DNA from: Chiloscyllium plagiosum
Lineage: Eukaryota
Direction of reading: 5' to 3'
Length of the DNA: 64,000 nt
Assembly (NCBI RefSeq): GCF_004010195.1
Contig: NC_057728.1
Span: forward strand, 53,798,535 to 53,862,534
Part shown: positions 49,678 through 62,435 of the stretch, piece by piece
Numbering within the stretch: position 1 is the first letter of the stretch
Layout: each line of letters opens with the position of its first letter
The notes under the pieces: model-generated
The model's database searches: none
Told to the model about the DNA's origin: nothing
What the model saw: the letters and a program-made list of their open reading frames with translations, nothing else
Position numbers and translations under genes: made by a program

Positions 49678-49997
49678 CCAGCATGGTGGCACAGTGGTTA
49701 GCACTGTTGCCTCACAGCGCCAGAGACCTGGGTTCAATCCCCACCTCGGACAACTGTCTGTGTGGAGTTTGCACATTCTCCCCGTGTCTGCGTGGGTTTC
49801 CTCCGGGTGCTCCGTTTTCCTCCCACAGTCCAAAAATGTGCAGATTAGATGAATTGGCCATGCTAAATTGCCTGTAGTGTTAGGTGAAAAGGTAAATGTA
49901 GAGGAATGGGTCTGGGTGGGTTGCTCTTCGGAGGGTCGGTGTGGACTTGTTGGGCCGAAGGGCCTGTTTCCACACTGTAAGTAATCTAATCTAACCT
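49678..49997 (+). mobile_element. HE1-type V-SINE, young full-length copy
   Basis: GGTGGCACAGTGGTTAGCA, GGTTCAATCCC, V domain, and a tail ending in (AATCT)n. Confidence 0.93.
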
Positions 49998-51691
49998 ACT
50001 TTAAACACACCCAAAGACTGAACTTCCACAGCCCACTGTGGTCGAGAATTCTGAATGTTCACAATCCTCTGAATGAAATGATTTCTCCTCATCTCTGTCC
50101 CGAATGTTATCTCTCTTATCTTTACAATGGTTGAAAGAGAAGTGTGCATTCAGACAGTACCCTTCCCATCCTCCAGGTGTTTCAAAGCATGTTTACTGCG
50201 ATAACTTTGCACTTTCAGGTGTAGTTGCTGTTGTAATTTAGGAGAGGTAGCAGCCAATTTGCACACAGAATGCTCTGACGTAGTTAGATTGTGTTGGTGT
50301 CGATCTGCTATCCGTATTGGTTGAGGGATAAATATTGATCCCAGGACTGTGAACAGAACTCCCCTTTACCAGGTCATTGTAAGCATAGCCATATGAAGTA
50401 TAGCAATAGAGTGCAAACTGTGGGTCAGTAGGTAGCACCCTTTCTTCTTAGCCTGGTGAGTTCAGTTCCGGAGAATTGAGCATGAAATCTAATGTATCAC
50501 TGAAGAGTGCTGCACTGTTGGCAGCGCTGCCTCTCACACCATGAGGCTCAGTTGACCCTCTTGCATAGATAGAAAGGACCACCATATAGGTCTGATTGAA
50601 CAAGACCAGGGTGTTCCTACTAGTGTCATAGAACACTGAACAATACAGTGCAGAACAGGCCCTCCTGTTGAACTGACCTGTGAACTATTCTTAGCTTGTC
50701 CCCCTACACTATCCCAAAATCACCCATGTGCTTGTCTAAGGATTGTTTAAATCTCCCTAATTTGGCTGAGTTGACTACATTAGCAGGTAGGGCATTCCAC
50801 GCCCTTACCACTCTCTGCGTAAAGAGCCTGCCTCAGACATCTGTCCTCTCCAATATTTAATTTGCAGCCAACATCACTATAACAGAATCTGACCACTCAA
50901 GTTATTGCTGGTTGTGGGGTCTTACTGATTGCATTTTGACTGTTACGTTCTCAACATTTCAACATAACAGTCCTTTAGACAATATTCTTTGGTTGTAAAA
51001 ACCTAAGGACGGAGGGAGCCTGTGGAAGGCACTATAGAAATGCAAGATTTTCCTTTTTATTTGCTGTCAAGCACCAGTGCACGGCATTAAATAGTATGAC
51101 ATGAGGCTTTATTGAAATGTGATTCACAGGAAATGATGATCCGTGTATATCTTTGTTTACCCCTTAATGCTGTACTATCTCTGCATTCTGACAACCTCCA
51201 AATTAGAATGCAGCTCTATTGTTATACTAATAGCACTGACATGTACCATGAATATAGCAGCAAATCCATTGTGTCAGGTTTCCAGCTTAGTATTCAGGCC
51301 CCAGCATCAGCACTAACAGTGTCAATTTATCTTCTCCCAGTGAAATCTAAAAATACGATCTCCTCAAGCTTTCTCCCTAGCCTTTAACATCTGAATGACA
51401 TTAGAGACTGATATTGTGACGTACATTCTGAACACTGCTATTTCCACATGGTTCTCACATGTTAAATGCAAGCCAGCAATGCGCATGAGAGCAGCAGGAA
51501 AGATTGCAGCAGTGCCATCCAAGGACTAAGGCTTGTGATTGCTTTTGCTGCTAAAAAGGAATGTAAAGTGCATGCTGCTTTTGCTGGATCGTAGAGTCGA
51601 TCAATGACTTTAACTCCATTGTCCTCAATTCTGTTCATTTTAAGGTGGCTTTAGTGAATAAGGGATCTCGATGTTCAAAGTCAAAAGTTTT

Positions 51692-52055
51692 AGGCAAAAG
51701 TAAGGATTGCAGATGCTGGAAATCAGAGTCTAGATAAGAGTGGTGCTGGAAAAGCACTGCAGGTCAGGCAGCAATCGAGGAGCAGGAAAATCAACGTTTT
51801 GGGCAAAAGCCCTTCAGCAGGAATGAAGGCAGGGAGCCTCCAGGGTGGTTTATCTCTCCACCTGCCTTCATTCCTGATGAAGTGCTTTTGCCCAAAACTT
51901 CAATTTTCCTGCTCCTCGGATGCTGCCTGTCTTGCTGTGCTTTCCCGGAGATTCCCTGCTTTCATTCCTGATGAAGGACTTTTGCCCGAAACGTCGATTT
52001 TCCTGCTCCTCAGATGCTGCCTGATCTGCTGTGCTTTTCCAGCACCACTCTAATC
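51692..52055. mobile_element. PLE mini-element with three hammerhead motifs (one minus, two tandem plus)
   Basis: Perfect 16-bp TSD CAAAGTCAAAAGTTTT at 51676-51691 / 52056-52071. Cores lie at ~51793-51820 (minus), 51874-51901 and 51968-51995. Confidence 0.9.
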
Positions 52056-53335
52056 CAAAGTCAAAAGTTTTGTAAAGCATCTGTTTGGCACTCATTTGAA
52101 GCAAGATTGCTATCTTTTGGACATTGTGCACCAAGGAACTGGGGACTTTCAAGCTCCTTGGTCTGCCTAACCAAGACTATTCACCATGAAAAGCAAGAGT
52201 ATTGAATTTGTATTGAGACATTATAGAGTGAAATATAATGCATGGAAAAAAAAGTTTATTTCTGTTGTATTTCTTGTGATTCTTAATTTAAAATGTTTTG
52301 GTCTCAAGACATGGACACTATACTGAAAATATTAAGAACATCACAATTACATTTAGTCACCTAAAAATGGAACTTGTAGACAGACATATTGAATTTTACT
52401 GTGCTTTCTGTAATCTTCAAATCATTTTTTGTAATGTACTTTAATTAATTTAATGAATTACTTTAATTGACTAAAGTATATTTTGGGGAAAGGTGGTTTG
52501 GCACTCATTTGTGGTACAATTACTATCAACAGTACATCTCATTCATTAGATACATTTACTAATGGAATGTGAGAAATTCTGGCTATTGTATCAGTTTCAC
52601 CTGAACGGGTGGGGCAAAACAAGGATCCTTTTACTGCTGACTCCAAATATTACTTTCTGACTGAAATAACTCCAGAGACAAGTCACCTTTTATTTACACA
52701 TTTACAGTACATGACACTGATCTGGTTTCCTCAGAGCCACCTCTAAAGTAAACAGAACCACTGACACTCCAGTTTATATCTGTCAGCCAGGGCTCACTGA
52801 TTGGACCAGGTTTACAACCTCAATCAGGGAACTCATGTTCTGTGAGGTCCACCTGGCTCACATTGTTACAATCATTACATCCGTCCCCCCTCTAAGTCTC
52901 GGGATGTAACCCTATTCCTTTTCTTGTGGCCTCTCCTGGGGCATTTCCACACTATGTCCCATTCCTCTGACTCAGCCTCGGATACAGACGGCATGTACCA
53001 GGCCATAGCCCACCGGAGAGTTTCGGAAGAAATCCATCCTCTTCTTCAGGTGGTAAAGGTGTTGAGGCTGCAATATTCACTGTGTGCATCTCAGACTCTG
53101 AAGTTTCTTCAGTGTTAGACGGAGAGGGAGAAACCAGGTTCCAACAGCGTTTCCAACTGTTCTGCGGGGGCAGGAATGTTTTGCTCCTGCCCCATTTGCG
53201 AGTTTGCAGCCTTTACATGGTCCACATGTTTGTTCATGACCACCTCACCTACACAAATTTTGTACGTCAAGGGACCTGACCTTGCTTCAATCACATCTCT
53301 TATCCGTGTGGGGCCATTTCCATGGTTTCGGCACC

Positions 53336-53770
53336 ATAGAGTCATTGAGATGTACAGCACGGAAAGAGATCCTTCAATCCAACTTGTCTATGCCAATCAG
53401 ATATGCCATCTCAATCTAGTCCCACTTGCCAGCACCCAACCCATATCCCTCCAAACTCTTCTTATTCATATACCCATCCAGATGCCTTTTAAATGTTGCA
53501 ATTGTACCAGCCTCCACCATTTCCTCTGGCAGCTCATTCCGTACACACACCACCCTCTGTGTGAAAAAGATGCCCTTTAGGTCTCTTTTATATTTTTCCC
53601 CTCTCACCCTAAACCAATGCCCTCTAGTTCTGGACTCCCCAACCCCCAGGGAAAATACTTTGTCTCCTTATGCTATACATCCCTTCATGATTTTATAAAC
53701 CTCTATAAGGTGACCCTCAGCATCCAACATTTCAGGGAAAACAGCCCCAGCCTATTCAACCTCTCCCTAT
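53336..53770 (-). mobile_element. HER1/CR1 3' fragment nested in the Gypsy integrase region
   Basis: RGEKYKRDLKGIFFTQRVVCVRNELPEE...KRHLDGYMN plus the 3' UTR. Confidence 0.9.
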
Positions 53771-56700
53771 ATCTGGTAAATGATGGCCCTGTAACAAACG
53801 ATATCTGTGACTAATGCCTCTGGGAGTTGGTGTGATGCAAAAGACACTCACAGCTTTTCAATCATCATATCCCTGTTTGACAAATATACTCAATGCACAT
53901 GCAACCAGTTTGAGGGCACATCCACAATGACTAAGAACTTTGAGCCCATGAAATGAGTGGCATAGCTGACATGTAACTGAGTTCGGGATTTATCTGGCCA
54001 TTCCCACTAATGAGGGGTAGGGAGCGGGAGGAGCTGCTGACTGTAATATTTGTCGTTGTTAGCCGTCTGGGTACTGCCCCACCGACGTGGCTATGTTTGC
54101 ATCCATCCTGGCGACCTGGCCATTGAAACCTCACACCAACATCTCCATTTGGAAACTCCTGGATAATCCTGGAGGGGTTAAGCCAGTATCTGGCAGTGAT
54201 ATTTGTTTGAGACAGTCTGGCTCCCCGTAATAAAATGCCGCCTTCTACCATGACCGGGTCTTGCCAGTGAAGAAAGGTTTCAATTCTGGTTGACCTTTTT
54301 GTTTCCCCCCATCACCACCAGCTGTTTGAGCTTTGCCAGGGCTGGATCCTTTGGTGTCCATAGTGTGATATTGTCTGTGGTGACCGGAAATGTGTACGGC
54401 AAGTTTAAAAGCAGAATGGATTCTTCCAGTGGCAGCACCACCAGTGGTGTATCCACCAATGAGAGGCGGCTCAAGGCACCTGCATTAGCCACATGGCCTC
54501 CTGAAGAGTCTTCCAACTTATAATTGTACACACTCCAAATAAAGCCACTGCTGAGTTCAACCTGAAGTTATGGGCAGCATAGCCTTGTCTTCTTTAGCAG
54601 GGGTTTGTATTTACATCCATACAGGTATTGGTGGAACATTCTCACACCAAATAAGACCGTCAAACCTTCCTTCTCTCTCTGGGCGTATTTACACTGTGCA
54701 TCAGCCAAAGTCTAGGAAGCATACGCTATTGCACCATCTGTGAGCCAACACCACCCCGATACCATATGGGGGGGCATCGCTTGTCAGCACCAGCTCTCAT
54801 TTGGGATCATTGAGTGCTAACACCTTAGACAATGATAGCTGCTTCTTCACTTCTCTGGAGGCGATATTTTCGCTACAAGACCATTTCCAAGGCTGACCCT
54901 TTTTCAATAGCAGATGTAAAAGTGCCAGGTTGGAGGCTAGGTTATTGTCGAATTTTCTGGAATAATTCTCTAATCCAGGGAAAGACCTAAGCTCCCACAT
55001 AGACATGGGAGCCGGGGCACCTTTGATAGCCTTCACTTTATCTTCCAATGGGTACAACCCAGGCTTGTCAACTCTGTAGCACAAGAGGCTTACTCAGGGT
55101 GCATGGATCACACATTTCCTCCCTTCGAGGTATATGCCCACCATGGCAAAACATCTAAGGACTATGCCCAACTTCTCTAAGTACTCCTTATTGGTCTTCC
55201 CTGTTATTAGCATGTCAAACAGGTAAATGATGACCTGGGATAGACCTTGTAAAATATTCTTCATCGTCCACTGAAAAATGGCACAGATTGATGATATCTC
55301 AAATTGCAGTCTCATGTATTGGTACAAACCCTTATGGGCATCAATTGTAGCAAATTTCTGGGAATCCTCATTAACCGTAATTGCAGGTACACATGGCTTC
55401 ATGAGGACAGCACCACACCCCCATCCACCCACCCCCCCCCCCCCCCCACCCCCAACCAGCTTAGCGTATTAGTCCTCCAGACAAGGGAGTGAGTATTTAT
55501 CCAGCTGTGAGCAGTGGTTCACCATTTTTTTAAAAATCCCCACAAAGACTAATCGACCGCCGGGCTTCACAATCGGTACGACCGGTGCTGCCCATTCTGC
55601 CAACCATTCTGATTTGATGATTCCTTTGCTTTCCAGCCTCCTGATTTCTCTCTCTACTTTCACACATAGAGCAAATGCTACTGGCCAGGCCTTGCAGAAT
55701 CATGGAACTGCTTCCTAGTCAATATGCAAGGTAGCCTTGGCTCCTTTGATAATCCCTAGACATTCCTGAAAACCTTGTGGGTATTTAATTAGGACTTCAC
55801 TCAGGTGAAGTCAAAAAATGCTGAGCCAATGTAGGTGAACTTTGTTCAACTAATTTCGCCCCATTAGGCATGGGCCCGCGTCTTTTACTACAATCAGTGG
55901 TAACTGAACCAGCTGCTTCTCATACGAGAACTGAACCAAAGTTGTACCTTTAATCTGTAAAGGCTCCCCAATACAGGCTCTCAGTCTAGCCAAGGTCTTA
56001 TGGGAACTTAAGGGTTGGAGTCCAGAGCAAATTTTGTTAAAGACTGGTTCTACAGCCATGCTAGTATCAACCTCCATTAGAACCTGGCGACCATTTAACC
56101 AGACTGTGTATTTTGATTGGTTCTGATTTGGATATTGATCAGCAATTTAGCAGTTCCAAGCCAGATATAGTTGAACTTTCCAGTGTATGCACTCTCCAGG
56201 ATAACAGCCTTCTCCACGCTATTCAGGCTTAGTGGGGCTCTTTTGCTGCCTTGAGTCCGCATATTGACAGCAACTACAATGGCTTGCTAGCCTGGATCCT
56301 AAGAAAATGTTAACCATTTGACCGAAGCTTGGCTTTGTTTTGAGGTTTGCTGTGGGCTGACCACAGAGTCCCTCTGATCAGAATATGTCTTCAGTGAGGC
56401 TATGAAATTGCCTTCACTCAAGTGATGTTCCCCCAAGCTCAATCAGCCTGGCAAGGGTGTTCACTTCCATCGATCTACCCTGTAACTCATATGCTCCACT
56501 TGCTGCATTTTCTAATGTCAAAGACAGTTGTCGCACCTGTTTGAAGTCGAGTTGGGCTTCAGTGACTAGGAGCTTTTGCATGGTTACATCATGAATCCCA
56601 CATACCAAACAATCTCTCAGCAACTCATTAAAGGTTAAACCAAAGTCAAATGCCTCATCCAGTTATCTTAACCTCATCAAAAATCCTGACATGAATTCCC

Positions 56701-56952
56701 TTGGTTCTTGAACTGCTGAGTAAAACCTGTAGCACCTCAGAATTAGAAGAGGTTTGTGGTCGCAATATTCCTTTATTAAATCCTTCAACTCTTGAAAGGT
56801 TTTCATATCTCGTGCCTCATGAAATGTTACGCTCCTAATAACTGAAAAAGCTGCGGGTCCACAAGCTGCCAGGAGAATTACTTGTTGCTTTTCATCAACC
56901 CTGCTGACATTTACCTGGAAAACATATTGTATTCTTTCCACATACTGGGCCC

Positions 56953-57035
56953 GAGCTGCCTGGACTGCTGTGCTTTTCCAGCACCACTCTAGTCCAGAAT
57001 CTGTTTTCCAGCATCTGCAGTCATTGTTTTTACCT
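56953..57035 (+). mobile_element. 83-bp PLE terminal insertion in Gypsy gag
   Basis: TSD ACATA(C/T)TGGGCCC at 56940-56952 / 57036-57048; it duplicates AQYV in the gag translation. Confidence 0.9.
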
Positions 57036-57168
57036 ACATATTGGGCCCAGTCTTCAACAATAGGATTGAACGAGTCAAGCTTCCCAAATAATGGAATGAT
57101 GCCTAGATGTTTATCCAAACTCACAGATGACTGCTGCGTGCAAATTTCTTCAGGAGCATTTTATTTGA

Positions 57169-57178
57169 CTTGTTGCCA
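57169..57178 (-). promoter_or_regulatory. Primer-binding site, probably tRNA-Ser(GCU)
   Basis: Minus-strand TGGCAACAAG lies 1 nt after the 5' LTR. It equals TGGCGACGAG after two CpG decays. Confidence 0.6.
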
Positions 57179-57313
57179 CTGAAGTAACTCCACAGAGACC
57201 GGTATCCTGTCACCAAGTTGCCTTTTATTTACACGTGCACAGTACTTGGCACTGCTCTGGCTCCCTCAGAGCCAGCTCTCAGAGTCAATAGGATGTCTGA
57301 TTCTCCTATTTAT

Positions 57314-58067
57314 TTTTTTTTCTTTTTTTTTCTTTTTTTTTTACAATAGGCAAACACCCGGGTGGCCAGTGACAAACACTGCCCTTTACATCAAAGGGCA
57401 GTGCTGTGTGAATCCCTATTTATATTTTTTTTCTCTTTCTCTCTCTTTTTTTTTAACCCCCACACTACCACCTAACTGCGGTAGTGCTTATTTTATCCCC
57501 AGCACCCATGGTGTGTGCGCGCAGGTGTGAGACACAGTGGAAGACACAAAGTGCATGAATCTTTATTCAATTTCCACCACCAGGAAGATAGGAAAACACC
57601 TGGGTGGCCAGTGACAAACACTGCCCTTTACATCAAAGGGCAGTGCTGTGTGAATCCCTATTTATATTTTTTTTCTCTTTCTCTCTCTTTTTTTTTAACC
57701 CCCATTATTTATTTATTTTTTTTTTTTAACCCCCACACTACCACCTAAGTGCGGTAGTGCTTATTTTATCCCCAGCACCCATGGTGTGTGTGTGCAGGTG
57801 TGAGACACAGTGAAAGACACAAAGTGCACAAATCTTTATTCAATTTCCACCACCAGGAAGATAGGAAAACACCCGGGTGGCCAGTGACAAACACTGTCCT
57901 TCACATCAAAGGGCAGTGCTGTGTGATCAAAACAGTGAAGGGGAGGGGAGGGACTAAATCAAAATAGAATTGGAGGGAGAAATGATGCACTCCACTCCCT
58001 GCGGCGCCCACCTCTCCCTGAACAACTCCAGGGGATTGGTCGACACCGCGTGCTCCTTCTCCAAGGA
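57314..58067 (-). mobile_element. L1-clade (Tx1-like) LINE 3' end with tandemly repeated 3' UTR/poly(A), inserted in the Gypsy 5' LTR
   Basis: 58067-57954 encodes SLEKEHAVSTNPLELFRERWAPQGVECIISPSNSILI-stop. Poly(A) tails are present, with a perfect 15-bp TSD GATTCTCCTATTTAT at 57299-57313 / 58068-58082. Confidence 0.8.
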
Positions 58068-58599
58068 GATTCTCCTATTTATATCCGTCAGCCAAGGCTC
58101 CCTGATTGGATCAGCTTAACCGCCCTAACGATGGAACTCATATTGTAGAAGGTGCATCTGGCTGACCTTGTTACAATCACCACACTGATGATTTGTCAAA
58201 ATGAAAGAAGCTAATAGTTTTGTGACTTATTTCACAAATGAGAATATCCCAAATGCCTTGCAGCCAATGAACAACCTTCTTTAAGTGTATTCAGTGTTGT
58301 AATATAGGAAACAAGGTAGCTAATTTGCATAAAAGTACAAACTCCCACAAAAAGCAGTGAGATACTGTCCCTGTAATCCAATGTTGAGCACATCAGCTGT
58401 TTGACCAGCATAGGGGGAGGAATCTGCTGCCCTTCTTTGGACTAGTGCCACCGAAACATAGAAACTAGGAATGGGGGAGGCCATTCTGCCCTTCAAACCT
58501 GCTCCTCCATTCGATCTGACCTAGGCTGTTCCTCTATCTTCAAGCTGTATTCCCCATCCCTTAAAATCTTAACAAAAAACTCTTTTGTTTTATGTATAC

Positions 58600-59730
58600 A
58601 AGAGGAATGGTTAGTAAATTTGCAGATGAAACCAAATTTGGTTATGCAGCAGAAGGCGAAGAAGGTTATCTCAGAGTGTAATAGGACTTTGACCAGATGG
58701 TCAAATGGGTCGAGGAGTAACAGATTTAGATAAATGTGAGATGCTGCCTTTTGGAAAGGCAAATCAGGGTAAAGCTTACACAAGTAATGGTAAGGTGCTG
58801 GGGACTGTTGCCGAACAAAGAGATCTTGGGTGCAGGTTCATAGTTCCTTGAAGGTGGAGTCATGGGATAGTGAAGACAGTGTTTGGTACACTTGTCTTTA
58901 TTAGTCAGTCTGTTGAGTACAGGATCTGGATTAGAGTGGTGCTGGAAAAGCACAGCAGTTTCAGGCAGCATCCGAGGAGCAGGAAAATCAACATTTCGAG
59001 GGCTTTTGCCCGAAACGTCGATTTTCCTGTTCCTCAGATGCTGCCTGAACTGCTGTACTTTTCCAGCACCACTCTACTCCAGAATCTGGTTTCCAGCATC
59101 TGCAGTCATTGTTTTTACCTTACTGAGTACAGGAGTTGGGAGATTATGTTGCAGCTGTACAGGACATTGGTTAGGCCACTTTTGGAAAACTACATACAAT
59201 TCTGATCTCCCTGATACAAGAAAGATGTTGTGAAATCTGAAAGGGTTCGGAAAAGACTTACTAGGATGTTGCCAGGGTAGAATGGTTTGAGCTACAGGGA
59301 GAGGCTGAATAGGCTGCAGCTATTTTTCCTGGAGCGTCAGAGGCTGAGGGGTGACCTTATAGAGGTTTATAAAACCATGAGGGGCATGGATAGGGTAAAT
59401 AGACAAGGTATTTTCCCCAGGCTAGGGAAGTCCACAAATAGGGGACATAGGTTTAAGATGAGAGGGGAAAGATTTGAAAGGACCTAAGGGGCAATCTTTC
59501 CATGCAGGGTGTGGTGCATGTATGAAATGAACTGCTAGAGGAATTGGTGGATGCTGGTGCAACTACAACATTTAAAAGGCATCTGGCTGGGTATATGAAT
59601 GGGAAGGGTCTAGAGTGATATGGGCCAAATGCTGGCAAATGGGGCTAGATTAATTTAGAATATCTGGTCAGCACAGACAAGTTGGACTGAAGATTCTGTC
59701 TCTGTGCTATACATCTCTATGGGTCTATGA
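58600..59730 (+). mobile_element. HER1/CR1 LINE, RT end and 3' UTR
   Basis: GMVSKFADETKF, LQLYRTLVRPLLE, SYRERLNRL, ending in a CTCTATGGGTCTATGA tail. Confidence 0.9.
58925..59120. mobile_element. Palindromic PLE mini-element
   Basis: Inverted arms turn inside hammerhead stem II (~58998) and leave a 37-nt tail. TSD T(GT/AC)TGAGTACAGGA at 58911-58924 / 59121-59134. Confidence 0.9.
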
Positions 59731-62019
59731 ATATACTTAGTGACTTAACCTCCACAGGCCTCTGTGGTGAAGAATTCCACAACTCTTTGAGCGATGAAAT
59801 ATTTTCTTACCTCAGTCCTAAATGGTCTATCCCTGTCTCCTGAGACTATGTCACTTGTTTTGAGAATTCCCAACCAGTGAAAACATCTTCCTTTATCTAG
59901 TCTGTCCAGCTGTATTACAATGTATACACTTCAATTAGATTCCCCTTTGTCCTTCTAAACTCTAGTGAATACAGATCCAGTTGAACCAATCTCTCCTTAT
60001 AGGACGATCCTGCCATCCCCAGTATCAGCCTAGTGAACCTCTGCTGCACTCCCAGAATAGAAAGTCGAGAGACCAAAACTGTACACAGTACTCCTGGTGT
60101 GATCTCACCAAGGTTATGTGTAACTTCAGAAAGACATCCTGCTGCTGAACTCAATCCTCTTGCAATGCAGGCTAACATATACTTTCCTAATTGCTCACCT
60201 GCCTGTCGACTTGCATTGACTGGTGTACAAGGACACCCAGATCCCTTTGTACATCCACACTTCCCAATCTATTTTAAATAATACCCTTCCTTTCTGTTTT
60301 ACACACCAGTGTATAATTTCACATGTGAGTTAATTGCAAAATCAGAATTGTACTCATTCCCAAATACATGAGAGAATGGACTACAAAAAAAAGATAACCA
60401 AATTCTTGAAAAACTTGGAGCTCAGATGGTTAATGTGATGTTCTTCTCCCTGCTGTGATTGTGTGTTCAATCCCTCAAATGGTGAACTTTGCTCCAGTGT
60501 TTCAAAGGTAATTGGTGCTTGGGGCTCAGTTGGTTGTACTCACCCTATTGATTCACAAAGCTGTGTGTTAATGTACATACTGAGCACCAAAGTCCAGGCT
60601 GACACTGCAGCACACAGAGTGCACTTATGTAAATCTAAGTCTTTCAGTTTTTGGTAACTTGCAGTTATAAGGACAGAAGTGCTACAAATCAAGCCTGTGT
60701 GAAACATAACCGAAACAAAACAACCCAATTGGCAGCAGTTTATCCTGTATTAAAATTTTAAGATAACTTATTTAATTGCTCAAAAACACAATAATATTTG
60801 CAATATTATAGAATTGTTGTTCAAGGATTATAACCATCAGTCGAAAGGTCAGCTCTGTTGCTAATCCTTGATCACCCCTGAATGGCAGCCACATTGCTGT
60901 GGATCTGGACTCTTATTTAAACCAGAGAAGCAAGGATATCTTTCCCAGAAGGTAGTTTGTTACAAAAGTCAATGCCACATTCATGAGATTCAATTCCAAT
61001 TATTTATTTATTTAATTAATTCAATTTAAATTCCACTAACTACTGTAGTGGGATTTGAACCCAAGTCCAACAAGGCACTAGCCTGAATCTCCAGTTCACT
61101 AGTCCTGTGACTTCCTAGACAGAGAGATGTATGCCATTCAATCCATTCTGCCTGTGCCATCTCTTCAAAAGAATTAATAAATTAATCCCACCTCTGTGCT
61201 CTTTCCTCATGGATTTGAAAATTCTTATTTTTTTTCCCCTTTTGAAGTATTTATCAAATCCCCCTTTCAAATGTTGCTGTTGTATCTCATTCCTCTATCC
61301 TTTCAGACAGCAAATTCCAGATCACAACAGCTCACTGCAGAGAAACAATTTTCTTCTCATCTCTCCCCTTGTCCTTTGCTCTTGTTATTTCAGTATTATG
61401 AATAGAAAAGTGTCCTCAAAATAGAGGGCTTTAAAAATAAGACAAGATAACAGAGGCAGCTCCCAAATGAAAAAAATATGCCCATTCACACTTGACCTTT
61501 ATCGTCTCAGCCTAGCAGCTCGGGAAACATTTGGAGATCTATTAATTATCCCAAGTAATCTAATTGTCTTGTCTGGCAATAATCATCAGTTCTGCAGTGA
61601 ACTGCATCTAACCCTTTAATTTACTAACTGCAGTGCAGTTCATTATCTGCAACCATACTGTTGAATCATGTTGAGATATTAATCTCAGAACAAATATCAG
61701 CATCCTTTCTTCATTCAGCAAGGTACAGCCAACCATGTTTTCAAGAAAACAGAAGACACTGTCTGAGGTAGCTGACAGGTGTGTCAAAATAGATCACTTA
61801 GCTTGTTAAAATCTTAATTAAAGACCAAGCATGCCAACAATGCAAGATGTGATAGCAGTGCAATTAAAGTCAATGTCATTAGAGGGGAATATTTGCTCTG
61901 GCAAACCCTATTATTGATGAATGCATTCTAACAGGGAACAATGTCCCATTTATGTATAGGGATAATTTTGACAGAGATGTCAGATTTCATACATGAACAG
62001 GAGATGCTCGAGATGGAGG

Positions 62020-62435
62020 AAAACACATCAACATCTCTACTTCCTCTGGAAGCTAAGGAAATTTGGCATGTCCACAAGAACTCTTGCCAATTTGTATGGA
62101 GGCACCACAGAAAGCACCACATAATGTCTGGATGCATCAAAGCATGGTGTGGCAACTTTTCCCAAGAAACTACAGAGAGTTGTGAACACAACCCAGTCCA
62201 TCACGCAAACCAGCCGTCCATCCATTGACTCCATCTGCATTTCCCAGTGTCGCATTACGAATAGATTCAAGAACAGCTTCTTTCGTTATTAGACTTCTGA
62301 GTGGACCTCTCAAATTTTAAATTTAATGCTGATGTAGGTCTTTGCACACTTTCTCTGTAACATTGTAATCCTTGCTCTGTTTCATAACCCAATACACTTT
62401 GTATGTCATGATCTGCCTGTACTGCACGCAAAACA
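62020..62435 (+). mobile_element. Rex1/Babar-like LINE 3' remnant
   Basis: Decayed LYFLWKLRKFGMS and SGCIKAWCGN, matching the RLYFLRRLRKFG...GCITAWYGN pattern of this clade. Confidence 0.6.

Larger units (their letters stand above)
52662..58184 (-). mobile_element. Full-length decayed Ty3/Gypsy (Mag-like) LTR retrotransposon
   Basis: LTRs at 52662-52879 and 57180-58184 (interrupted), with TG..CA ends and TSD CTGAC/CTGAT. PPT at 52880-52893 and PBS at 57169-57178. Gag GKLDSF..EDWAQYVER and LRDCLVCGI; protease MEVDTS; RT EWAAPVVPIVKP, GLYQYMRL, IIYLFDMLITG; RNase H and integrase remnants. Confidence 0.93.
58455..60325 (-). mobile_element. Old CR1 3' fragment split by a younger HER1 copy
   Basis: The 3' UTR at 58455-58580 resumes at 59731. 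ILGVQQRFTRLILGMAGSSYKERL lies at 59915-60178. Confidence 0.75.

Noticed and set aside
49678..49760. tRNA genes
   Set aside because: The A/B boxes continue into the V domain and LINE-derived tail, so these are SINE heads.
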